Made by a program: the position numbers and the translations under genes. From positions 1,426,001-1,490,000 of the forward strand of contig OX597842.1 of assembly GCA_951406725.2 (NCBI GenBank): 64,000 nt of DNA, in the 5' to 3' direction. Positions within the stretch are counted from its first letter, which is position 1. Every line of letters starts with the position of its first letter. This document shows, one piece after another, positions 54,779 to 64,000 of the stretch. This stretch comes from Octopus vulgaris (lineage: Eukaryota). Below the pieces are notes generated by a model that made no database searches, had not been told where the DNA came from, and worked only from the letters and a program-made list of their open reading frames with translations.

Positions 54779-55080
54779 TGGAGGCACATGGCCTAGTGGT
54801 TAGAGCAGCGGACTCGCAGTCGAGGGATCATGGGTTCGAATCTCAGACTGGGCAATGTATGTGTTTATGAATGAAACACCTAAGCTCCACGCGGCTCCGG
54901 CAGAAGGCAATGGCGAACTTCTACTGACTCTTTAGCCACAACTTTCTCCCACTCTTTCCTCCTGCATCTTGCAGCTCACCTGCGATGGACCAGCATCCCG
55001 TCCAGGTGGGGAACCTATACGCCAAAGAAACCGGGAAACCAGCCCTTATGAGCCAGACATGGCTCAAGAAGGAACAAACA
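54779..55080 (+). mobile_element. tRNA-derived SINE sharing its 5' part with family C but with a different tail
   Basis: A-box tggcctagtggttag, B-box ggttcgaatc; tail cctgcgatggaccagcatcccgtccagg. Confidence 0.8.
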
Positions 55081-55834
55081 ATTATTATTATTATTATTAT
55101 TACAGTAAGTTTTAAAAAAAGTATAAACTGAAGCAACATGAAGTGAAGTACCTCGTCCGGAAACGTGACACACTGTGCCATACAGGAATTGAACTCATGG
55201 TACTACAATTGTGACCTTGGCACTCTTACCAAAAGGCCAAACACAATCATATAACACTAAGAGATGGTCATGGGGAGAGGTACATATATTTATGATCTAT
55301 CTGTTTCTTTTTTTTATGTTTGTTTTATGTCTTCGGTTATTTTCTTGAATGTTTTTATCGATAAGTTTTATTTGATTTTCACGACGTTGTGGGGCGGGTT
55401 GAGGGGAGGGAGGGAGGGAGACTTGGATGGGGGTGGAGCTGGGGTGGAGTCTGGGGCTATAAAGGAAGACGAAGAAGACAAAAACAATAGGAAACTGATA
55501 GAAAAAGATTAGAAGATGCAATGAAATTAAAAAAAAAAAAACAGAAATGAAACAAAACGAAAAGAAAGATGAAAAGAAAGAAATTATGGAAAAAGAAAGA
55601 AAGAAAGAAAAGAAGGAAGGAAGGAAAGAAGAAAGTCTTTGTAGGGATTGGAAATTAAATTAACGTGTGTATGTGTGTGTATAGGTAATATATAATATAT
55701 GTGTGTGTTATGAGAGTATGCATGTGTGAGTATGTGTTCTTTTCATATATATATTCTATCTTCCCTTTTTCATTTACCATATATATATATGTATATACAC
55801 ACACATATATATATACACACACACACACATATAT

Positions 55835-55865
<31 letters not shown>

Positions 55866-55932
55866 TATACACACACATATATATATACACACACACATAT
55901 ATATACACACACACACACATATATACACACAC

Positions 55933-56055
<123 letters not shown>

Positions 56056-56063
56056 CACACACA

Positions 56064-56135
<72 letters not shown>

Positions 56136-56559
56136 CACATATATACACACACACACACACACACATATATACACACACATATATATATAAATGTATCTAT
56201 ATGTTATATATAATGTGTATGTTATGAGGATATGTTTGTGTGCATGTATGTTTATATATTGTGTATATGTATGTGAAAACACGCACACACATACGCATAC
56301 ATATATATGTACAATGTGTGTGTATGTTATATATAATGTGCACGTTATGAGGATATATGTTTGTGTGCATATGTGTACATACACACACACGCACACACAT
56401 GTTGTGTGTATATATGCATATGTCTAAAATGTGTGTGTTTTGAGGATATGTTTGTGTGCAAGAGTATGTGGATGTATATGTATATATATATGTATTGCAC
56501 ACACGTGCGTGAATGAATGTATATATATTTGTATGTCTGTATGTGTTGATATATTTATA

Positions 56560-56602
<43 letters not shown>

Positions 56603-56666
56603 AGAGAGAGAGAGAGAGAAGGGAAAGGCAAACAGATAAACAAAGAGAGACATATGTAACTACGTG

Positions 56667-56697
<31 letters not shown>

Positions 56698-56807
56698 GTG
56701 TCTGTGTGTGTGTGTGTGTAAACATATGCCTATATGCACATACACATAGGCACATAGCATAGACGCAAGCCAAAACAGAAATAATGATAATAATAATAAT
56801 ATTAACA

Positions 56808-56846
<39 letters not shown>

Positions 56847-58161
56847 GCAATAACAATGGCAACAACAATAAAAGGTGATAATGACAGTGGTAATTGTTAT
56901 AATATCTGTTCGTCTGCGTCCCACCTCTCAACCTCGGCTCAAATAGATTATCAGTGATCATCGCGGACATTACAGCAGACAGCCTCGGTTCCCTATTCCC
57001 ATTAACCCTTTCACCTTGTATGTATGTGTATATTGTATGTATGTGTATATTGTATGTATGTGTATATATGTTTGTGTGTGTGTGTATAAGATCAGGTTGT
57101 GTGAAGCCCTAGTCCAGGACACACGGACAAGGAAGAAGATATAAAAATGGCGAAGAAACAAAACAAAGATGTCTGCCATGAAAATGTATTTGATTGTTTG
57201 ATGATTGTTTTATAACTTTGAAAACAGATTCTCTCTCAGTACAATTTATATATCGTCACTTGGGATTCAATGAAATTTATGTTATTTGGTCCGCTTTTTA
57301 TTTCTCCTTGAAATAGCGTTGACTTTTTAATCAATTATTATGGCCATTTCAGAAAATTTCTTAGTAACTCCACTCACTCTCTTGTTATACGTTGGTTAGA
57401 GTTGGTGTAGGAGTCTGGTCTGTCGGTGGCTGGGAAATGACGAGTAGAATAGATTGTGGTGGGGATGGAAAATGCAAGGATGGAAAAACGAACAATAAAA
57501 TGAAATTAAATGTAAAACAAAGCAAAACAAGCCTAAAAGAAATAGAAAAACAGCAACATAATATAATCCACGATGCCAAAAATACTTAATATTTCGGGTT
57601 TTATGGATGGTATCAATCTTTTCGAGATTTTCTCCTTCAATTTTCAGAGCCATTTTTGGTTAATACCAGAGGGAAATCTTAAATACAACAATCGGCTGAT
57701 ATGAAGTATTTATTCAATTCTATTCTATTCCTAAGCGTTGTTGGTGTTCTTCTTGTTGTTATCATTGCAGTTATTGTTGTAATTATCATCATTCTAGTTA
57801 CCATTAACATTCTAATCATTATTATCATTATTATTATTATCGTTATTAGCAGAATTGTTAGCATGTTGAACAAGAGACATAGCATCATTCCAGCATATTT
57901 GCATCCGGATTTCAAATTTCTCTAAGGTTGACTTTGCCTTTCATCCTTTCAGGGGTTGATAAAATAATAAAATAGCACTTGAACACTGGGGTCGATATAT
58001 TCAACAAGCTTCTTCCCTACAAATTTCAGGCCTTGTGCCTATAGTGGAATGGATGATTATTACCATTATTCTTAAGCACTAGCTCAAAAACCACACTCCA
58101 TAAGGACTTTTAAGTCAGATCCTGCAAAGGGCAGGCCTGGGCTAAATAGCATGACCATAAT

Positions 58162-58494
58162 GGTTACGAGGAGCACTGTCAGTTACGACAACAAGGGTCC
58201 CCACTGATACAATCAACGGAACAGCTTGCTCGTGAAATTAACATGCAAGTGGCTGAGCACTCCACAGACACGTGTACCCTTAACGTAGCTCTCGGGGAGA
58301 TTCAGCGTGACACAGAGTGTGACAAGGCCGGCCCTTTGAAATACAGGTACTACTTATTTTTGCCAGCTGAGTGGACTGGAGCAACGTGAAATAAAGTGTC
58401 TTGCTCAAGGACACAAAGCGTCGCCGGGAATTGAACTCACGACCTTGCAATCGTGAGCTGAATGCCCTAACCACTAAGCCACACGCCTTCACGT
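58162..58494 (-). mobile_element. tRNA-derived SINE (further family) with 11-bp TSD
   Basis: TSD atgaccataat at 58151 and 58495; A-box tggcttagtggttagg, B-box gagttcaattcc. Confidence 0.85.
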
Positions 58495-59852
58495 ATGACC
58501 ATAATATGTCTATAATGACTATATGCTCCGATGTTGTTTGATCAGAGGTTAAAGATGGAGGAGAATTAATTCTGTAATGCAATCATTCTATTGTTTTAGT
58601 ATGAAATTGAATTCCAACTGTTGGCCAATTTGTCCCAAAGTTCTTATCTCGGCATAAAATTAAGAAAGCAAATGTCATTTCTCTCACCCTTGGTCTTTAA
58701 CATCATCAGACAAATGCCAACCAAGATGGCATGAATCAGCCAAGCTTTACCTGCTAGAAATAGCAACCGAAATGCTTTTAAATCAGATCCCAATGATAGA
58801 TGTTCAAGAACCAAATGAAGGGCAGATTTTTCAATCCTGGGATCATATTGATTCCAAAAAGGTATAATATGTCTATGTAGGAGCAAATTTAGACTGAGAT
58901 ACAGGGGTCTCAGACGGACAGACAGAATTTTGCTTTTATTATTATAGAGACAGTAACAAGGCAGAATTGTTAGCATGTTAGAAAGGCAGTGAGCTGGCAG
59001 AAACGTTAGCACGCTGGGTGAAATGCTTAGCAGCACTTCATCTGCCACTGTGTTCTGAGTTCAAATTCCGCCTAGGAGAGAAAAAAACGTGTGTAGTGGC
59101 TACCGATCTATCATGTATATATATATATTTTGCATCCAGATTTCAAATTTCTCTAAGGTTGACTTTGCCTTTCATCCTTTCAGGGGTTGATAAAATAATA
59201 AAATAGCACTTGAACACTGGGGTCGATATATTCAACTAGCCTCTTCCCTACATTTCAGGCCTTGTGCCTATAGTGGAATTTGCCTGTACTGTTTTTTTTC
59301 TTCATTTGTATTGCTTTTACGTCCTGTTCTGGTCACTTGTTTTACCCCTCTGCAAAAGAATTTTATTTAATTCCTTTTTCAGGAAGGACTGCTTCAGCCG
59401 GATCGTGTTCCGCCCTTACCTTCGAAACACGCATTGAGTCGAACCAAGGGCAGCTGATGAAGGGGAATTTTCCTTGTATTGTTTGTCTTGTACTCTGTTT
59501 CTTCGTTGTTAAAAAAAGTCCGTTCCTTGTTTGATTTTAGGTTTTCGTTTCTCATTGTGTTCTACGTTTATTTGTGGTGTCCTGTACTCATATATGCATG
59601 TATATATACATATAGATGTAAGTATGTACATATATGTATGTATGTATGCATATGTTTTATTTATTAAATTGTTATTATATATATATCATCATCATCATCG
59701 TTTAACGTCCGTTTTCTGCGCTAGCACGGGTTGGACGGTTCGACCGGGGTCTGGGAAGCCAGGGGCTGCACCAGGCTCCAGTCTGATCTGGCAGTGTTTC
59801 TACAGCTGGATGCCCTTCCTAACGCCAACCACTCCGCGAGTGTAGTGGGTGC

Positions 59853-59892
<40 letters not shown>

Positions 59893-59896
<4 letters not shown>

Positions 59897-60049
59897 GGGT
59901 ACTGCGTTCTTTTACAAGGCTTAGAAAAACTAAAGGACCACTATAATATGTCTATGAATCTGAAAGGGGAATAGGTTGAATAAAATCATAATTAACTGAT
60001 CTTCCTGTGTTTCTTTTATCCAAAGTCAGGAACTTTTCATCACCCTCTC

Positions 60050-60050
<1 letters not shown>
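59893..60050. mobile_element. mariner-like MITE
   Basis: Ends tgaggggtactg / aacttttcatcaccctctca flanked by TA. Confidence 0.45.
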
Positions 60051-60084
<34 letters not shown>

Positions 60085-60793
60085 TATATATACACACACA
60101 CCATGGCTTTGTCACTAATCGGTAAACTCTGAAATCACATGCTTCTAAATTCGTTTGTTTGAAACCTGCACCCGACAACATACTCCTCACACACACACAC
60201 ACAAGTACACACATGTTCTATGGTATCCTTTGATCAATCTTTATTTAATCACGAATTAATTAACTTATGAACTAATTAGAGAAATGTCCAAATTATTATC
60301 TTTTTTTTTTTCAAACATTGTATCTTACTTTTTCAACTGTTTCTCATCTTTATCTCTTCTCATAATACTTTCTCTCTCCCTCTGTCTCCCTCCCGCTCTC
60401 CCTTCCTTGCTCTCCTGAAATCTCTCTTCCACTTCCTCTTTATCTATCTTTCTCTAACTCTGTCCTTCTGTATCTCTCTCCCTACCTCACACTGTCTCCC
60501 TGTCTTTCTAACCCTCTCCCTCACACTCTAAGTTTCACCCCTTCATTTTCTCTCCTCCTCTTTGCTCTCTTATTTCCTCTCCTCCTCCTCATCATCCCCC
60601 CTCCTCTCTCTCCAGCCCAATGTCTCCAAATCTTACCAACAGTAAAAAACTCAACTTTGATGTTTTCTTCTCATCTCTAACAGTCTCCATTCGAATCACT
60701 CTTTATTCTTTATTCATCAATCTGTTTGTCTGTCTGTCTGTCTCTCTCTCTCTCTCCCTATCAGTTTGTCTGTCTATCTATCCACTCATTTAT

Positions 60794-61015
60794 CTCTCTT
60801 TACTCTCTTTTACTCTTTTACTTGTTTCAGTCATTTGACTGTGGCCATGCTGGAGCACCGCCTTTAGTCGAGCAAATCGACCCCAGGACTTATTCTTTGT
60901 AAGCCTAGTACTTATTATATTGCTCTATTTTGCCGAACCGCTAAGTTACGGGGACATAAACACACCAGCACTGGTTGTCAAGCGATGTTGGAGGAACAAA
61001 CACAGACACACAAAC

Positions 61016-61070
<55 letters not shown>

Positions 61071-61229
61071 CGACGGGCTTCTTTCAGTTTCCATATACCA
61101 AATCCACTCACAAGGCTTTGGTCGGCCTGAGGCTATAGTAGAAGACGCTTGCCCAAGGTGCCACACAGTGGGACTGAACCTGGAACTATGTGGTTGGTAA
61201 GCAAGCTACTTACCACACAGCCATTCCTA
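60794..61229 (-). mobile_element. SINE family A copy
   Basis: Full-length match to family A. Confidence 0.9.
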
Positions 61230-62010
61230 CATAGACATATTATATCTTTTGGGAATTGGGGTCATCATGGGATTGAAAACCTGCCCTTCATTTGGTTGAT
61301 CATGAGTATCCAGTATTGGGATCTGATTTAAAAGCAATATGATCCCAGGATTGAAAATTCTGCCCTTCATTTGGTTCTTGAGCATCCATCATTGGGACCT
61401 GATTTCAAAGCATTTGGGTTGTTATTTCTAGCAGGTAAAGCTAGGCTGCTTCATGCCATCTTGTTTGGCATTTGTCAGATGGTGTCAGAGATCAAAGGAA
61501 GAGATTAATGACATTCGTTTCGTTAATTTTATGCTGAGATAAGAACTTTGGGACAAACTGGCCAACAATTGGAATTCAACTTGGGACTGGAAGAATAGAA
61601 TGATTGCATTACAGAATTAATTGTCCTCCATCCTTAACCTCTGATCAAACACCACCAGGACATACAGTCATTATAGACGTATTATGGTCATGCTATTTAG
61701 CTGTCTTTAGTTTGGGGCTGTAGGCCTAATTGGCTTTCTACAGGGGTAAGCTTAGAAGTCCACACTGAACGCAGTTTTTAAGCTAGTATGTAATAAAAGT
61801 TAATTTTAAACTTATAAAAAAGAAATTTAAAGATGGATGAAAATGTTACTAAGTATTTTGTCTATCGTGCTTGTGATACGGTCAGGTCCCCATCTTAACA
61901 ACAACAATTATGATGAAAACCACCACAACAACATTCATACTTACAACAATAAGAACAGCAACAACAACAGCAACAAAACAAAAGAAAAAAAATGGATCGT
62001 TATTATATAA

Positions 62011-62402
62011 GGCGCAGGAGTGGCTGTGTGGTAAGTAGCTTGCTTACCAACCACATGGCTCTGGGTTCAGTCCTACTGCGTGGCACTTTGGGCAAGAGTC
62101 TTCTACTATAGCCTTGGGCTGACCAAAGCCTTGTGAGTGGATTTGGTAGACAGAAACTGAAAGAAGCCCATCGTGTATATGTATATTCATGCATGTACAT
62201 GTGTGTATACTTGTGTGTCTGTGTTTGTCCCCCCAACATCACTTGACAACCGATGCTGGTGTGTTTACGTCTGCATAACTTAGCAGTTCAAAAGAGATGG
62301 ATAGAATAAGTACAAGGCTTACAAAGAATAAGTCCTGGGGTCGATTTGCTCCTGCATGGCCGCAGTCAAATGACTGAAACAAGTAAAAGAGTAAAAGAGA
62401 GT
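62011..62402 (+). mobile_element. SINE family A copy
   Basis: Full-length match to family A. Confidence 0.9.
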
Positions 62403-62918
62403 AAACTGAATATAGTCAAGTTTTAATATTTACAAAGATGTGTGTGTGTGTGTGTGTTTCTCGCACCATCGTCACTCCACAACCAGTCTTGGTTTGTTTA
62501 CATCCCCGTGGTTTAACCGTTTAGCAAGAGACTGACAGAACCCCAAAAGCTATAGCAAAAACATGCAACTCCACTACGACCACAACATGAAGTAAAAGAA
62601 CAGCAACAACAACAACAGTGAGGGCACAGAAAGTTTGTCAATAGCCAGCTGGAGGTGGGTGTCCTCCTGGCGCTACAAGCTACAGTAGCATCCGTCCTTA
62701 AGGGTTAGCCACATTTAAGTGGCAAATATACTTCACGATATATATATATATATATAGTTAATACAAAAATGAAAACACAAAGACAAAACACAACAACGCG
62801 GTTAATATATATTAATATTATAGTTGAAACTTATTAAAAACGAAAGGTGAGGACAGGTGTATGAACAATGAACAACAAGCAAGCATATCAGTTTGATGCT
62901 TGAGAAAAATGAAAAAGT

Positions 62919-62954
62919 CTTTTATGTTTTGAGCCTACGCTCTTCATCAGAAAG
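62919..62954 (-). ncRNA. Decayed minimal hammerhead motif (same type as 607-641)
   Basis: CUUU-CUGAUGA-A-GAGC(GUAG)GCUC-aAAAC-aUA-AAAG; two G>A changes at CpG sites. Confidence 0.55.
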
Positions 62955-63038
62955 GAACAAGAAGAAACAAACAAAGAGAGAATGCATAAAATGTGTTGAG
63001 TTCAGTGGTCAAACATGGCGCATATATATGTATATATA

Positions 63039-63440
63039 GGCGCAGGAGTGGCTGTGTGGTAAGTAGCTTGCTAACCAACCACATGATTCCGGGTTCAGCC
63101 CCACTGCATGGCATCTTGGGCAAATGTCTTCTGCTATAGCCCCGTGCTGACCAAAGCCTTGTGAGTGGATTTGGTAGACGGAAACTAAAAGAAGCCTGTC
63201 GTATATATGAATATATATATATGTATGTGTGTGGGTTTGTGTGTCTGTGTCTGTCCCCCTAGCATTGCTTGACAACCGATGCTGGTGTGTTTACATCCCC
63301 GTCATTTAGCGGTTCGGCAAAAAGAAACCGATAGAATAAGTACTGGGCTTACAAAGAATAAGTCCCGGGGTTGATTTGCTCGACTAAAGGCGGTGCTCCA
63401 GCATGGCCGCAGTCAAATGACTGAAACAAGTAAAAGAGTA
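63039..63440 (+). mobile_element. SINE family A copy
   Basis: Full-length match to family A. Confidence 0.9.
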
Positions 63441-63861
63441 TATATGGGAAAAGTGAAAGTGTGAACTCAACATGATAGCTGAGTTTTAATGGAAAATAAC
63501 GAAGAATACCAGTGATTATCAAAGGGATTGTTCAACTATAAAACCGTTCAAGGTGGTGCTCCAGCATGGCTGCAGACATATGACTGAAACAAGTAAAGGA
63601 TATATCTATTATCTTTTACTTGTTTCACTCATTACACTGCGACCATGCTGGGGCACTGCCTTGAGTTTTTAGTCGAATGAATTAACTCTGGGACTTTTTC
63701 CATCTACAAATTCCACTCACAAGGCTTGTCAGCTCGAAGCTATTGTAGAAGATGCTCAAGGTGCCATGCAGTGGGACTGAACCCGGAACCATGTGGCTGG
63801 TTAGCAAGCTACTTACCACACAGCCACTCCTATGCCTATGTATATATATATGTGTGTGTAT

Positions 63862-63894
<33 letters not shown>

Positions 63895-64000
63895 CTGGCT
63901 TCCGTGCCGGTGGCACATTAAAAGCACCAACCGATCGTGGCCGATGCCAGACTCCCCTGGCACCTGTGCCGGTGGCACGTAAAAAGCACCCACTACACTC

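Noticed and set aside
54779-54855. tRNA gene
   Set aside because: tRNA-like head continues into a SINE body and no clean cloverleaf forms; same for the other SINE heads

Overview
AT-rich, gene-poor eukaryotic DNA, most likely an octopus (inferred from the SINE families, recognised from memory). No host protein-coding exon could be supported, and nearly all ORFs in the track are microsatellite or trinucleotide artefacts. The window is a mosaic of (TA)n/(CA)n and trinucleotide tracts, at least five SINE families (including tandem and nested arrays), decayed LINE fragments (RTE, R4/Dong-like, HERO-like, Tx1-like), Tc1/mariner relics and MITEs. The main signal is a Penelope-like element (PLE) system. 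A 5'-truncated, probably Naiad-type copy (47993-49475) has a GIY-YIG frame with one stop, an unusual Asn-rich linker and an intact-looking hammerhead ribozyme. At least seven more hammerhead motifs lie in short non-coding inserts next to (TA)n, together with several perfect or near-perfect fold-back palindromes; one of these has an empty-site duplicate in the window. All alignments and folds were done by eye.
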